From: Nostoc sp. DedSLP01
GTDB taxonomy: Bacteria; Cyanobacteriota; Cyanobacteriia; Cyanobacteriales; Nostocaceae
DNA length: 64,000 nt
Direction of reading: 5' to 3'
Assembly (NCBI GenBank): GCA_034530875.2
Contig: JAVRCJ020000003.1
Coordinates: 1-64,000, forward strand
The position numbers were made by a program, and so were the translations under genes. Below, piece by piece: positions 1 to 12,007 of this stretch; within the stretch, counting starts at the first letter, position 1, and every line of letters starts with the position of its first letter. The notes under the pieces are model-generated. The model saw only the letters and a program-made list of their open reading frames with translations, ran no database searches and was not told the origin of the DNA.

Positions 1-541
1 GTGATTAGCGATCGCCTGTTTATTCCTGATTTTCCTTACTACATTGTTTGTCTAATTTGTCAATGCGTAACTCCTAAAATAGTCTTAAATTGTCCAGAAT
101 CATCTATTATCAAGCTGAATTCTGTGCTGATTCTGGTCTGGCTAAACTGGTTTATCGTTTCTAAGTGACGTTCGTTAACGTTGCTACTAGACTATTGGTT
201 AAAAATTGGTGCAAGCATTGGAGCCTACTATATTTCTGGCCTTAATTGAAAAAGGTCAACAGATAAAGGAGAAAGCGAAGATCCCTCCTTTTCTTTTTTC
301 TCTTCTTTTGACCAAACCACCAGATCAATTGTTGGTACTTATCCAAAAAGTATTATTTGTACCCAAGCTAAGTAAGACTTTGTTGACTTAGTACGATAAG
401 AAAAGCTCTTTGGATTAGACAGATTAGAGTAATATAGCAACGATGGTGTCATTGCATAAGAATGATACTGTAATTTTGCTTAGCATATAAAATTCTATTA
501 CCCTGCTAATAGAAAATTTTTCTTCAAAGGAGTTTGCTGTA

Positions 542-1411
542 ATGTCCACAACACCGACTACTCGATTAATTTTAGAAACTTTACTTCCTCATCTGAAAGT
601 AGCAGCAGCTTATGCCCGTTTTATGCAACCAAAAATTGCTGCGCTCCCTGCAAAAGAAGAAGGAAATAACTTTTTTGCAGCTGCACTGACTGACGCGGAT
701 GTGGCAATTCAAAATATGGTGGAAGTAGTACTCCTGGGAAGTTTCCCAGAGATTCGCTTTTTTGGCGAAGAGTATGAAAGTTCTAGAAATACTAAATATT
801 TTCGTGGTACTGAACTTGGTGCTGGAGGTGATTATTTAGTCACACTCGACCCCATTGATGGCACGAAGTTTTACATGGATGGGCATTCTAATTACCAAAT
901 TATTCTCAGTATTCTAAATTCAGATGATTTTGAGGCAGTATTGGCAATTTCTCCTGCCGAAAATGTTTATTTTTACGGTTTGCGAGGCGAAGGTGCTTTT
1001 AAAGGAACGTTGGAAATGAATTTAGAAGATTGCATTGCATTAGATATGACATCACCTAAACCTGCTATATTGTTGGGATGGGGAATGAATGCGATCGCAC
1101 CTCTACTAAAAAATCGCTATCAAGTAATTGATATTGCCAATGATTATTCTAGTGAGGTTCAAATTCCCAATCTCAATGGTATTCTGACTGGTGATTTAAG
1201 TGGAGCAGTAATCAGAGCAGGTAAATTTATTGATGGTGCTGCTCTGGCTTTTTTGGCAAGAGAAGCTGGTTATCTTGTTACTACTTTAGATGGTTCGGCT
1301 TTACCGCCTCTGCATACTTGTCAAAACTATAGTCTCCCTGGATTGATCCTAGCTGCATCAAAATCAGTTCACCAAGATTTACTCGAAGCAACCCAAAGCT
1401 TACTTGCTTAA
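542..1411 (+). CDS. Inositol monophosphatase/FIG superfamily metal-dependent phosphatase
   Basis: 289 aa ORF with GEE and LDPIDGT motifs; AAGGAG RBS upstream. Confidence 0.85.
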   Translation: MSTTPTTRLILETLLPHLKVAAAYARFMQPKIAALPAKEEGNNFFAAALTDADVAIQNMVEVVLLGSFPEIRFFGEEYESSRNTKYFRGTELGAGGDYLVTLDPIDGTKFYMDGHSNYQIILSILNSDDFEAVLAISPAENVYFYGLRGEGAFKGTLEMNLEDCIALDMTSPKPAILLGWGMNAIAPLLKNRYQVIDIANDYSSEVQIPNLNGILTGDLSGAVIRAGKFIDGAALAFLAREAGYLVTTLDGSALPPLHTCQNYSLPGLILAASKSVHQDLLEATQSLLA

Positions 1412-1439
1412 CGAAAAGCAAGGTCAATTAATATTTTTC

Positions 1440-4400
1440 CTATTCACCATTTCCTATTCCTTCTTTATTTACTGGGTTAGTTAAAAATTCTTGGATGCGG
1501 TTGACAAACTCTTCTATTTCTGAAATTAATTTGATCGTACCTTTATGCTCCTGCTGGAGAGCTTGTTGTTCTAGTTTTTCAACTGCTAGGTACATAGCTG
1601 TGGCTCCAACATTAGCACTACCACCTTTAAGGTAATGAGCTTCGCGGACAATTTGGCCAAAATCATAAAGTGCGATCGCACTTTTCAAAATCTCTAAACG
1701 GGGTTTAATATCTTGAACAAAGATTTGCAATAAATGTAATTCAAATTCTTTATCGTTATCTGATATCTGATGCAAATGTTCCCAATTAATTGCTTGGGTA
1801 ACTGGCTCGTTATTTACGCTGGTAAGCGTCTCCTCGCATCTAGCTACCGCCTGTTGTGAGAAGATTTTATCTGCCCAATAATCTAGGATTGCCGCCAATT
1901 TTTCTTTCAAAACCGGCTTACTAAGATAATCATCCATGCCGGCATTTAGACACTTTTGTTTATCTTCTTTCATAGCATTAGCTGTCATCGCAATCACCAC
2001 AGGTCGGCGATGGCTAGCAAAGGCGCTTTCTTGCCAACGATGAATTTCTTTTGTAGTTTCTAAACCATCAAGAATTGGCATGTGGCAATCCATTAAAATC
2101 AGATCGTAAGGAATTTTTTCTAGTAGCTGTAAAACTTCTTTGCCGTTGGCAACGACATCAGCTTTATAGCCCAAACTCTGGAGTTGCTTGAGGGTTACTT
2201 TCTGATTTACTAAATTATCTTCTGCTAGTAAAATCCTTAATTTATATTCACTAAAAAAATTAGAATTTAGTGATGGAGAAATAAAACAAGAATTATGAAT
2301 ATTTGCAGTTTTTTTACTTTGATCTTCTTCAGTAAGTTGTAGGTGCGAATCTCTAGCTTCTGGTTCTGGTTGAATTTCTAAAATATTTACAATCATATCC
2401 AGAAGACGTGACGCCTTAAGCGGTTTGACTAAATAAGCAGCAAATCCGATTTTGAGCGCTTGCTGTACTTGATGTCGTTGATTAGTTGAGGCAAGAATAA
2501 TTAAAGGTAAGTCAGCAATTGCAGAATTGGCTTTAATATGTTCTCCTAATTTAATGCCATCTGTTTCGGACATTTGCATATTAATTAAAGCGATATGATA
2601 TGGATTTCCTTGCTCAGAAGCTTTGTGAATTGCTTGGAGTGCAGCAGCAGCGCTGTTAGCCCGGCCTACCTGCATTCCCCAAGCGGTAGCTTGATGATGG
2701 ATAATTTTGCAATTAGTAGAGTTTTCATCTACTACTAATAAACGGCGATCGATTAAAAGTGGGCGTTCGTATGGTCTCAAAACAGGCTCAAGTTGCTTGG
2801 CAAAAGGCACTTCAAACCAAAACTTAGATCCTCTGCCAATTTCACTTTCTACCCCAATTACTCCTCCCATCAAAGTCACCAGTTGTTTGCAGATGGCTAA
2901 TCCCAAGCCCGTACCGCCATACTTGCGAGTGGTGGAACCATCGACTTGGCTAAATGGCATGAAGAGTTTGCGCTGGTCTTCAGAACTAATACCAAGACCT
3001 GTGTCTGTAATAGCAAAGTAAATGGTGACTGTAGTGGAGGAAAGAGAACGCAATTGTACTTCTACTAGGACTTCGCCAGCACTGGTAAATTTGATAGCAT
3101 TAGCGATCAGGTTCATGAGAATTTGCCGCAGCCTACCAGCATCTCCTTGGAGGTAAATCGGCACGTTATGCTCAATCAGGGCAGCAATTTCTAATCCCTT
3201 ATTATGTGCTGACGGAGCCAATAATTCCAAAACATCTTCAACACAGGTAGATAAGTTAAAATCTAGAGTTTCCAGAGCCATTTCTCCAACTTCAAGCTTG
3301 GAGAGATCTAAAATTTCATTGATTAAAGTTAATAAAGCTTCTCCACTGATACGAATTGTTTCTATAAAATCTCGTTGTTCTGGGTCTAAGGGAGTATCTA
3401 AGGCTAAATTCGTCATTCCCAATACAGCATTCATGGGAGTGCGAATTTCATGACTCATATTGGCTAAAAAGGCACTTTTGGTCTGAGAAGCCAATTCAGC
3501 TTGGTAACGGGCAATTTCAAGTTCTTGTCGTTGGCGAGTTTCTGCTTCTAATAGTTGGGCTTGGGTTAAGGCAATACCTACTTGGTCGGCTATTTGCCGC
3601 AAAAGATGAGTTTCAAAGCTCGACCATTGATGAGAATGGCCGCACTGATGAACTATCAGCAAACCGCGGAGTTCTTCTTTGACCAGAATTGGCACAACCA
3701 AATTGACTTTCACGCCAAACTGTTGCATTATTTGCAGATGACTTTGTTGGACTTCCAGCAAATCCAAATTAGCCAGTCCTACAATCTCTCCTTGACGGTA
3801 CTGTTGTAGATACTGTTGTTGTAGGTATTCGGCTTGAAAGTAGGGAGTGACGATATTTTGATTTTGCTCTTTAATTGCTGGTAAGCCAGAAACTACTGCT
3901 TCAATAACAGTAGTTGCAGATTCATCTGGTAAAAGCTGATAGATTAATACTCGGTCAGTTTGGAGAATTTTTTGAACTTCCTTGACAGTGACTTCCAGAA
4001 TTTCTTCGATTTGCAAAGACTGGCGAATTTTTAAGGTGATTTCGGTAAAAAGTTGCGATCGCAAGTTTTGCCGTTGTAATTCCTCTTCAGCTTGTTTGCG
4101 CTGGATAAATTGCCCTACTTGTTCGCCAATAAAATTCATCGTTTTTGCTAATTCTTCGTCAGGTTCTTGGATTTGACGATTGAAGCAAGTAATGGCGCCA
4201 AGGATGTTGTTACCTGTACGGATAGGAAAACCAAAAGCTGCATGTAGTCCTACTCGAGCTGCGATTTTGAAGCTAGGGAAATTTAAATCTTTAACGATAT
4301 CAGCAATCCAAACAGGTTCAGAAGTAGCCCAAACACGGCCGGGTAATCCAATTCCTAAAGCAAAAGTCGTTTGTCGATTTAAGCCTACCAACTCTTCCAT

Positions 4401-6170
4401 CTCAAGAGATGGTTTGTGCCACATATCGAAAAAACGCAGGAAATTCGCTTCTTTATCTACCATCCAAATTTCGCCCAAATCCCATCCCAAACTTTCACAA
4501 ATTCCTTGGAGAATTTGGGGCATAGCTTCGGCAATTGTAGTAGAATCTGCTAAAACGCGGGTTGCAGCATATTGTGCAGTCAGATGTTTTTCTGTTCGTT
4601 TGCGTAAGTGCAGCTCGTTGTAAACATCGGTAATATCAATACCCGTGCTAACAATATATTCTACTGAACCTTCATGATTTTTTAAGATGGTATTCGACCA
4701 AGATATTAGCCGTTTGCTACCATCCTTCATTACCCAATAGTTTTCGTTTTCGTGGAAGCTTTTACCAGTCCTTAATTGCTCAAAAATTGCTTTGACTGAT
4801 TCGACGTTTTCACTAGGTATAAACAAGTTCCAGAAAGACCTACCTATGACCTCATCAAAGGAGTAACCTGTTGTTTTTTCACATGCTTGATTGAAACGAA
4901 CGATTTGTCCTTGGGAGTTAGTAACTACTACTAATGCACTAGCTGTATCCAGGACTGCTGAGATAAAATTGCGTTCTTGGTTTAGAATTTCTTCTGTTCT
5001 TTTGCGTTCGCCAACTTCACGATAGATTAAATAGTAGACTACACCAAGAATTAAGCAACTGAGACTAATGGCGATCGCAATTGTTACCGCTGTTTTCTGA
5101 TTCCAAGCTTTTGCTGCTTGTGAAAGTTGCTGACGCCGCGCTTTTTCCTCGTTTTCTATCTGATGAGTGGCTTTATGGATTTCATTGATGAGATTTTGAC
5201 GTTCGTTTGCCAATAATACCTGTAACGCTGCCTTTAATCCCTTTTTTTGGCGCAATTCAACAGTCTGTTTTAATTGAGTAAATTCAGCTTTGATTAAAGA
5301 TTCAAGGGCTGCAATTTGCTTTTGTTGAGTTGGTAGATCTGTAGTTAAAGTCTTCAGTTTTATAATTTCGCGATCGGCATTATTAAGTGCTGTTTGATAT
5401 GCTTGAAGATAAATTTCTTTTCCAGTGAGGATATAACCACGTTGTCCAGTTTCGGCATCCTTTGTCTGAGATAGTAGTTTTTCCAAACTGTTAATTTTTT
5501 TGTAACTGTTTTTGATAATACTGCGGTTATTAATAGATACTCTTGTATTTTGGTAATAAAGCCCGGCGATCGCAACTAAAATAACTGAGACCAAACCAAA
5601 GCCTACTGCAATCTTTTTGAACAATTCCTTCTGGGCTTTTTTGGGCTGTTTGCCTTGATTGCTTCCAAGTACTAAATTTGCAAAATTGCGCCGCAATTCC
5701 AGTTGCTTGAGGACTTGACGACCCAAACTTCGTAAAGCTTCTATCTGATCTGAGGTCAGCGTTCGCGGTACGTAGTCAATCACACAAAGGGTTCCTAGTA
5801 CGTATCCCTCAGCATTAGTTAGGGGTACACCGGCATAAAAGCGAATTTTTGGCTCACAAGTCACTAGTGAATTTGCACAGAACCGTTCGTCACTTGTGGC
5901 ATCAGGTACAACAAGAATGCCAGATTCTAGAATAGTATGGGCACAAAATGCTTGGTCTCGATGTGTTTCTTGGAGATCCCAACCAACTTTTGACTTAAAC
6001 CACTGGCGATTTGTATCAATTAAGCTAATTAAGGCAATAGGAGTCTGGCAAATATACGAGGCTAAATGAGTGAGTTCGTCAAAGGACGCTTCAGGTGCTG
6101 TATCGAGAATTTTATACTGCAACAGTATCTCGATTCTCTGTGCTTCGTTATCGGGTAATGGTGCTTTCAT
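1440..6170 (-). CDS. Hybrid sensor histidine kinase: GAF-TM-CHASE3-TM-PAS-GAF-GAF-HisKA-HATPase-REC-REC-HPt
   Basis: DAETGQRGY (CHASE3), H-box [35 protein letters not shown], HPt [13 protein letters not shown]. Confidence 0.92.
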   Translation of the reverse strand: MKAPLPDNEAQRIEILLQYKILDTAPEASFDELTHLASYICQTPIALISLIDTNRQWFKSKVGWDLQETHRDQAFCAHTILESGILVVPDATSDERFCANSLVTCEPKIRFYAGVPLTNAEGYVLGTLCVIDYVPRTLTSDQIEALRSLGRQVLKQLELRRNFANLVLGSNQGKQPKKAQKELFKKIAVGFGLVSVILVAIAGLYYQNTRVSINNRSIIKNSYKKINSLEKLLSQTKDAETGQRGYILTGKEIYLQAYQTALNNADREIIKLKTLTTDLPTQQKQIAALESLIKAEFTQLKQTVELRQKKGLKAALQVLLANERQNLINEIHKATHQIENEEKARRQQLSQAAKAWNQKTAVTIAIAISLSCLILGVVYYLIYREVGERKRTEEILNQERNFISAVLDTASALVVVTNSQGQIVRFNQACEKTTGYSFDEVIGRSFWNLFIPSENVESVKAIFEQLRTGKSFHENENYWVMKDGSKRLISWSNTILKNHEGSVEYIVSTGIDITDVYNELHLRKRTEKHLTAQYAATRVLADSTTIAEAMPQILQGICESLGWDLGEIWMVDKEANFLRFFDMWHKPSLEMEELVGLNRQTTFALGIGLPGRVWATSEPVWIADIVKDLNFPSFKIAARVGLHAAFGFPIRTGNNILGAITCFNRQIQEPDEELAKTMNFIGEQVGQFIQRKQAEEELQRQNLRSQLFTEITLKIRQSLQIEEILEVTVKEVQKILQTDRVLIYQLLPDESATTVIEAVVSGLPAIKEQNQNIVTPYFQAEYLQQQYLQQYRQGEIVGLANLDLLEVQQSHLQIMQQFGVKVNLVVPILVKEELRGLLIVHQCGHSHQWSSFETHLLRQIADQVGIALTQAQLLEAETRQRQELEIARYQAELASQTKSAFLANMSHEIRTPMNAVLGMTNLALDTPLDPEQRDFIETIRISGEALLTLINEILDLSKLEVGEMALETLDFNLSTCVEDVLELLAPSAHNKGLEIAALIEHNVPIYLQGDAGRLRQILMNLIANAIKFTSAGEVLVEVQLRSLSSTTVTIYFAITDTGLGISSEDQRKLFMPFSQVDGSTTRKYGGTGLGLAICKQLVTLMGGVIGVESEIGRGSKFWFEVPFAKQLEPVLRPYERPLLIDRRLLVVDENSTNCKIIHHQATAWGMQVGRANSAAAALQAIHKASEQGNPYHIALINMQMSETDGIKLGEHIKANSAIADLPLIILASTNQRHQVQQALKIGFAAYLVKPLKASRLLDMIVNILEIQPEPEARDSHLQLTEEDQSKKTANIHNSCFISPSLNSNFFSEYKLRILLAEDNLVNQKVTLKQLQSLGYKADVVANGKEVLQLLEKIPYDLILMDCHMPILDGLETTKEIHRWQESAFASHRRPVVIAMTANAMKEDKQKCLNAGMDDYLSKPVLKEKLAAILDYWADKIFSQQAVARCEETLTSVNNEPVTQAINWEHLHQISDNDKEFELHLLQIFVQDIKPRLEILKSAIALYDFGQIVREAHYLKGGSANVGATAMYLAVEKLEQQALQQEHKGTIKLISEIEEFVNRIQEFLTNPVNKEGIGNGE

Positions 6171-6381
6171 CCTTAAGCCTTATCTACGAGGGAATGGAGA
6201 GTGGGGAGATGGAGAGATGGAGAGAAATTGCAGCATTCTTTCCCCTCTGCCCTTTATCCGTCTGTCTCTTTTTCCCCACGAGCGATTCGATTAACAAACT
6301 TACTTCAATTAATGACAATAGTTGAGTGAAAAACGTTAGCGTAATTTCACTGAGTTCAACCTGAGTCACAAATTTAGTCAA

Positions 6382-6705
6382 ATGATTAAGTCGTTGTTGT
6401 ATTTTTTGTGGGCTGGTTTATTTGAAATCGCGGGTGGCTACTTGGTCTGGTTGTGGTTGCGTGAAGCTAAACCATTTTGGTACGGGATATTGGGTGGAAT
6501 TGCTTTAGTTATCTATGGAGTTATTGCAACTCTTCAACCGACAAATTTTGGTAGAGCGTATGCGGCTTATGGCGGCGTATTTATCGTCATGGCAATGCTT
6601 TGGGGTTGGAAGGTAGACGGGGTAATTCCAGACCGCTACGACTTAATTGGATCTGCTTTAGCTTTGGTAAGCGTATTAATTATTATGTTTGCACCTAGAT
6701 ATTAA
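6382..6705 (+). CDS. YnfA/UPF0060 small membrane protein (SMR-like)
   Basis: 107 aa, four hydrophobic segments, EIAGGYLVW and FGRAYAAYGG signatures. Confidence 0.9.
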   Translation: MIKSLLYFLWAGLFEIAGGYLVWLWLREAKPFWYGILGGIALVIYGVIATLQPTNFGRAYAAYGGVFIVMAMLWGWKVDGVIPDRYDLIGSALALVSVLIIMFAPRY

Positions 6706-6711
6706 GTAATG

Positions 6712-6728
6712 TTGCTAAAATTTAGCAA
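6712..6728. terminator. Short inverted repeat right after the YnfA-like gene
   Basis: TTGCTAAA-A-TTTAGCAA; AT-rich, weak as a terminator. Confidence 0.3.
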
Positions 6729-7192
6729 TTATTAAAGAGGACAAAGGTAGAACTAGCAACAAGTCTTTCTCCTTTGGTAGATCCAAAAATAAAAGCAAGA
6801 GCTGTTTCGAGGATATTGTTGCCAAAACTAGTAGATTTTGGCGCTTTCACCTGGAGGGCTTTCATCGACGACTAGGCATTTTATTACTTGTAGATGCCTT
6901 ATCCTTTTCGATAATCCATAAATGTTGATGAGGATTTTTTTCAAAAGTCAATTACCAAAGGCAAAATTGCAAAGGTTTTTGAGCAACTACATACCCAGAA
7001 GCAATTATATGTTTATTACGTATTTATGCCTAAATGAGAAAAAAATTGAATCACTACCATATTTTTGTAAATTTTTGGAGAATACTAGACAAAATTATCC
7101 ATAACTTCAAATTCATTAAATTCTCAATAATTCTCAGGAACCGAACTAAAAGATTATACTTTTGTTAATATTTGAAAAAAAAATAAATTTGA

Positions 7193-7228
7193 GTAGCTTT
7201 AAAGACAAAAAATAGTATCAAAAAGTAC
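7193..7228 (+). promoter_or_regulatory. NtcA-binding site(s) upstream of the ammonium transporter
   Basis: Perfect GTA-tcaaaaag-TAC at 7215-7228; imperfect GTA-gctttaaa-GAC at 7193-7206. Confidence 0.75.
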
Positions 7229-7280
7229 TGAAAATATATTAATCTATTACAAATTTGTTGGTGGTTAGGGACAAAAAGAA

Positions 7281-8735
7281 GTGTTCAAAAGAGTTGTTAC
7301 TATTGCGGTTATAACCCTGTTATTTTTGGCAGGGCCGCTGATGGGTAATGCTTTTGCCCAAACAGCAGCAGCCAGTCCGCCTGCGGCGGATACAGGAGAT
7401 ACAGCATTTATGCTGATTTCGGCAGCGCTTGTGCTGCTAATGACGCCAGGGTTGGCATTTTTCTACGGTGGATTTGTACGATCGCGCAACGTCCTAAATA
7501 CATTGATGATGAGCTTTGTATTAATGGCGATCGTGGGAGTGACCTGGATTCTCTGGGGTTATAGCCTAGCCTTTGCGCCGGGTTTGCCGTTCATTGGTGG
7601 ATTGCAGTGGTTGGGGTTAAATGGTGTTGGTTTAGAGACTCAAGGCTACTTGCCGCATCTACCATACGAAGACGCCCTCAAAGCCGCAGACTCCAACTAT
7701 GCCGATCTCGTCTCCTATGCTGGGACGATTCCCCACCAGGCATTCATGATTTACCAAGCCATGTTTGCCATTATCACCCCAGCCTTAATTTCTGGGGCGA
7801 TCGCCGAACGGATGAGTTTCCGTGCCTATTCATTGTTTGTGCTACTGTGGTCAACCTTTGTTTACGCTCCCTTGGCTCACATGGTGTGGGCTAAAGGTGG
7901 ATTCTTAGGTTTGGCTGGTGGTCTGGGTGCTTTGGACTTTGCAGGCGGTACAGTAGTTCACATTAGTTCCGGCGTTTCTGCTTTAGTAGCAGCGATCGTC
8001 CTCGGGCCTCGAAAAACCCATCCTGACCGTTTAAGCCCTCCACATAACGTTCCATTCATTTTGCTAGGTGCTGGCTTATTGTGGTTTGGCTGGTTCGGCT
8101 TCAACGCTGGTAGTGCTCTATCAGCTGGTAGCGGAACATCGGGTAACTTAGTCACAAATCTGGCAACCACAGCCTTTGTTGCTACTAACACAGCAGCAGC
8201 AGCAGCAGCTTTAATGTGGCTAATTTTGGAATCAGTTTTACGGGGTAAACCAACCGCAGTCGGAGCCGCTACCGGAGCCGTTGCAGGTTTAGTGGGCATC
8301 ACTCCTGCCGCGGGATTTGTCACACCGCTATCAGCGATTTTAATTGGTTTCATTACCGCCTTTGTTTGCTTCTATGCTATTAGTTTCAAACACAAGCTGC
8401 TAATAGACGATGCTTTAGATACCTATCCAGTGCATGGCGTTGGTGGTACTGTGGGGGCAATTTTAACAGCAATATTTGCTACCACCCAAGTCAACGGGGG
8501 AGGTAAAGACGGTGTGCTACGCGGTAATTTTGGTGAATTGGGAGTTGAACTAGCAGCAATTGCGATCGCTTATATCATTGCTGGTGTTGGTACCTGGATT
8601 ATTCTCAAAATTATCGATGCTACAGTCGGGCTGCGAGTCAAAGAGGAAGCAGAATTGCAAGGTTTGGATATCAACGAACACGGTGAAGAAGGTTACAATT
8701 CTGAGTTTGGTGGCGATCGGCCGATTCAGTCATAA
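7281..8735 (+). CDS. amt: Ammonium transporter (Amt1-like)
   Basis: GTG start; DFAGGTVVH, WFGWFGFNAGS, YPVHGVGG (twin His), GLDINEHGE. Confidence 0.95.
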   Translation: MFKRVVTIAVITLLFLAGPLMGNAFAQTAAASPPAADTGDTAFMLISAALVLLMTPGLAFFYGGFVRSRNVLNTLMMSFVLMAIVGVTWILWGYSLAFAPGLPFIGGLQWLGLNGVGLETQGYLPHLPYEDALKAADSNYADLVSYAGTIPHQAFMIYQAMFAIITPALISGAIAERMSFRAYSLFVLLWSTFVYAPLAHMVWAKGGFLGLAGGLGALDFAGGTVVHISSGVSALVAAIVLGPRKTHPDRLSPPHNVPFILLGAGLLWFGWFGFNAGSALSAGSGTSGNLVTNLATTAFVATNTAAAAAALMWLILESVLRGKPTAVGAATGAVAGLVGITPAAGFVTPLSAILIGFITAFVCFYAISFKHKLLIDDALDTYPVHGVGGTVGAILTAIFATTQVNGGGKDGVLRGNFGELGVELAAIAIAYIIAGVGTWIILKIIDATVGLRVKEEAELQGLDINEHGEEGYNSEFGGDRPIQS

Positions 8736-8737
8736 GT

Positions 8738-8829
8738 AGGGAGTAGAGAGATGGGAAAAGGTTAAAGGGAAAAGGGAAAAGGGATAAATTTAACCTTTCC
8801 CCTTTACCCCTTTCCCCATTCCCCATTTT
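8738..8829. repeat. Purine/pyrimidine heptamer-type repeats in inverted arrangement (hairpin after amt)
   Basis: gggaaaa-type units followed by complementary tttcccc-type units. Confidence 0.7.
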
Positions 8830-8897
8830 CATCTAGTGTGATTTTTGATTCCTAGCGTTAAAATCTGATTCAAAATAATTAGTAAATTTCGCTAGTC

Positions 8898-9767
8898 GTG
8901 TCTACTTCTGTAAAAACCTTTCCTATCTGGGCATTTTTCTCGCTGTTAACTAACGGCGTACTATTGTTGGCGGTCATTCTGCTAATTTGGCAACAGCAGA
9001 GATTGACCGCTTTTTTTGGGGGGGCCATAGCATCCCCAGGACAAATCAACGCGAACAACTCGCGATCTGTTTTGACACCCGATTTAGGCCGCCGTCATCA
9101 ACTTACTTACCAAGAGTGGGTAGATATCCTCAAACAAGAAGCTCAGGTAGCCGCAGAGCGCCACCCTCCGCACTTAAACATACTGGTGGGAGATTCTCTA
9201 AGTTTGTGGTTTCCGACTGAGTTATTACCGGAAGGGAAAAATTGGCTTAATCAAGGAATTTCTGGTGAGACAACCAAAGGGCTTTTGAAAAGATTGGATA
9301 TATTTGACCGCACCCAGTCGGAGGTAATTTTTGTGATGATTGGGATTAACGATCTAATCCGGGGAGTGAACGACGAGGTAATTTTAGATAATCACCAGCA
9401 AATTATGAGTTACCTACGCAGAAGGCATCCCACAGCTCAAATTGTTGTGCAATCGATTTTGCCGCATGGTGGAGAGGAAGCAACTTGGCAAGGACGAGAT
9501 AAACTTCTGGCTATTGGCAATACTCGCATTCGCCGATTGAATGAGCAACTGCAAAGCATATCTGCAAAAAAAGGTGTGAAATTTCTTGATTTATATCCTC
9601 TGTTTACCAATAAGCAAGGTAATCTTCGCCCGGAATTTACTACCGATGGCTTACACTTAAATCGTGAAGGCTACGTAGTTTGGCGTTCTGCATTGCAGAT
9701 TTATAGCAACATGGAATTAAAACCCGAACTTCAAGGTGCTTCAGAGAGGCAAAAGAATAAGAAGTAA
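8898..9767 (+). CDS. SGNH/GDSL-family lipase/esterase with N-terminal membrane anchor
   Basis: GDSL, NQGISG, IGIND and DGLH blocks. Confidence 0.9.
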   Translation: MSTSVKTFPIWAFFSLLTNGVLLLAVILLIWQQQRLTAFFGGAIASPGQINANNSRSVLTPDLGRRHQLTYQEWVDILKQEAQVAAERHPPHLNILVGDSLSLWFPTELLPEGKNWLNQGISGETTKGLLKRLDIFDRTQSEVIFVMIGINDLIRGVNDEVILDNHQQIMSYLRRRHPTAQIVVQSILPHGGEEATWQGRDKLLAIGNTRIRRLNEQLQSISAKKGVKFLDLYPLFTNKQGNLRPEFTTDGLHLNREGYVVWRSALQIYSNMELKPELQGASERQKNKK

Positions 9768-9845
9768 TATCTTTGAATACCAGTCTGTAGAAATCGCCTC
9801 TTGGCGCGAGAGAATAAAAAATAGTGGTTTAAGTAGACAAATCTA

Positions 9846-11054
9846 ATGGATACAAAAGCTTTTAAGCGGACACTGCAACATTCTGAAAATTACAATCGCA
9901 AAGGGTTTGGCCATCAAGCAGAAGTTACCACCCAGTTACAATCTGAATATCAAAGTAACTTGATTCAGGAAATCCGCGATCGCAATTACACCCTACAAAG
10001 AGGCGATGTCACCATCCGACTAGCCCAAGCCTTTGGCTTTTGCTGGGGTGTAGAACGTGCTGTGGCTATGGCTTATGAAACCCGGCAACACTTCCCCACA
10101 GAACGGATCTGGATTACTAACGAGATTATTCACAACCCTTCTGTGAATCAGCGGATGCAGGAGATGGAGGTAAAATTTATCCCAGTAGAAGCGAATCAAA
10201 AAGACTTTTCTGTTGTTGATAATGGCGATGTAGTCATATTACCCGCTTTTGGGGCTAGCGTTCAAGAAATGCAGATACTCCACGAAAAAGGCTGCAAAAT
10301 TGTTGATACAACTTGTCCTTGGGTATCTAAAGTTTGGAATACAGTAGAAAAGCACAAAAAAGTTGATTATACTTCAATTATTCACGGTAAATATAAACAC
10401 GAAGAAACAGTTGCGACTAGTTCTTTTGCTGGCAAATATTTAATTTTGTTGAATTTGTCAGAAGCAGAATATGTTGCTAACTATATTATTAATGGTGGCA
10501 ACCGTGAACAATTTCTCCAAAAATTTGCCAAAGCTTGTTCGCCAGAATTCGACCCAGACCGCGATTTAGAAAAAGTTGGTATTGCTAACCAAACTACCAT
10601 GCTCAAAGGCGAAACAGAGCAAATTGGCAAGCTTTTTGAGCGTACTATGTTGCAGAAGTATGGCCCTACCGAATTAAATCAGCATTTCCAAAGCTTTAAC
10701 ACTATTTGTGATGCCACCCAAGAACGGCAAGATGCAATGTTGGAGTTAGTAGAAGATAATTTAGATTTAATGGTAGTAATTGGCGGGTTTAATTCATCAA
10801 ATACTACTCAATTGCAACAAATTGCTATTGAAAAGGGAATTCCTTCCTATCATATTGATAGTGTTGCACGTTTGAAATCAGCAAATTCGATTGAACATCG
10901 GCAATTAAATGGGCAGTTAACCATTACAGAAAACTGGTTACCAGATGGAAAGATTGTTGTGGGAATTACTTCTGGTGCTTCTACACCAGATAAGGTAGTA
11001 GAAGATGTTATTGAAAGGATTTTCACTTTGAAATCAACACCAACACTCGTTTAA
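9846..11054 (+). CDS. ispH: 4-hydroxy-3-methylbut-2-enyl diphosphate reductase
   Basis: [24 protein letters not shown] (three Fe-S Cys), SGASTP. Confidence 0.97.
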   Translation: MDTKAFKRTLQHSENYNRKGFGHQAEVTTQLQSEYQSNLIQEIRDRNYTLQRGDVTIRLAQAFGFCWGVERAVAMAYETRQHFPTERIWITNEIIHNPSVNQRMQEMEVKFIPVEANQKDFSVVDNGDVVILPAFGASVQEMQILHEKGCKIVDTTCPWVSKVWNTVEKHKKVDYTSIIHGKYKHEETVATSSFAGKYLILLNLSEAEYVANYIINGGNREQFLQKFAKACSPEFDPDRDLEKVGIANQTTMLKGETEQIGKLFERTMLQKYGPTELNQHFQSFNTICDATQERQDAMLELVEDNLDLMVVIGGFNSSNTTQLQQIAIEKGIPSYHIDSVARLKSANSIEHRQLNGQLTITENWLPDGKIVVGITSGASTPDKVVEDVIERIFTLKSTPTLV

Positions 11055-11103
11055 ACTTCAGGAGTGTAGAGCAGCCTCATTAAACATAAAAGATTCAAGA
11101 AAT

Positions 11104-11136
11104 AGATACCCGACTTTTTTAAGAAGTCGGGTATCT
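11104..11136. repeat. Palindromic dispersed repeat / possible terminator after ispH
   Basis: AGATACCCGACTT...AAGTCGGGTATCT, 13-bp perfect arms. Confidence 0.75.
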
Positions 11137-11267
11137 GAGTAAGTCACTACCAACTGAGAATTCACGGATTGAGTTTAGCAGGCTATATTTAGAGACAATA
11201 CCAATTACTAATACTTTGCGGAAAACCGCACTTTGTATGTCTACATAATGAAGAAAGTTATATTTGA

Positions 11268-11684
11268 ATTGCTGCAAGAGATGTTTTTCATGATGCTGTT
11301 AGAAAAGGTCTAGAGAAAGAAGGCTGGGTGATTACAGACGATCCTCTAGAAATTGAAGTCGGTGGCGTTGAAATGTACATAGATTTAGGTGCAGAGTTGA
11401 TATTAGCAGCTGAAAAAGCGGGAGAGAAAATAGCGGTTGAGATTAAAAGTTTTGTTGGCGCCTCAAATATTTATGAATTTCATACAGCATTAGGTCAATG
11501 TTTCAACTATAAAATTGCTTTAGAGATTCAAGAACCGGAAAGAATTTTATACTTGGCTGTTCCTTTAGGAACTTATAACAGCTTTTTCGCATTACAATTT
11601 ATTCAACTTGTTATTCAACGCTCTCAAATAAAGTTAATCGTTTACGATCCTGTAAATGAGGTGATTGTAGAATGGAAAAACTAG
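11268..11684 (+). CDS. xisH: XisH-family protein (PD-(D/E)XK-like); homology begins at an ATT codon
   Basis: In frame (I)AARDVFHDAVRKGLEKEGWVITDDPL...IDLGAE...IAVEIKSF...ALGQ; the ORF-track start 11328 truncates the conserved N-terminus. Confidence 0.85.
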   Translation: MAARDVFHDAVRKGLEKEGWVITDDPLEIEVGGVEMYIDLGAELILAAEKAGEKIAVEIKSFVGASNIYEFHTALGQCFNYKIALEIQEPERILYLAVPLGTYNSFFALQFIQLVIQRSQIKLIVYDPVNEVIVEWKN

Positions 11685-12007
11685 AAAAATATCGAGTTTA
11701 TATTCAAGAATTATTGACAGTTTATGCTAGTCGAGGTTCGTCAAAAAGTGAAATAGAAAAACAAGTTATTTTCGATACTATTCACGACCACTATCAATTA
11801 GTATATGTAGGCTGGAAAAATCGAAGGCGGCAATATGGATGTGTTTTACATCTTGATATCAAAGATGTAAAAATTTGGATACAATACGATGGTACAGAGA
11901 TTGGTATTGCTAATGAGTTAGTAAAATTAGGAGTTCCAAAGGAAGATATTGTATTGGCATTTCATGAACCATTAGTAAGGCAATACACGGGATTTGCTGT
12001 GGGTTAA
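11672..12007 (+). CDS. xisI: XisI-family protein
   Basis: Overlaps xisH end; DHYQL, GW, KIWIQYDGTE, GVPKEDIVLAFH, TGFAVG. Confidence 0.9.
   Translation: MEKLEKYRVYIQELLTVYASRGSSKSEIEKQVIFDTIHDHYQLVYVGWKNRRRQYGCVLHLDIKDVKIWIQYDGTEIGIANELVKLGVPKEDIVLAFHEPLVRQYTGFAVG

Noticed and set aside
6171..6381. Guanidine riboswitch ahead of the SMR-like YnfA gene
   Set aside because: No ACGR-loop hairpins or ykkC-type motifs seen
11268..12007. An excisable fdxN/nifD-type element
   Set aside because: No recombinase gene, and the flanking ispH and cbiE/T are intact
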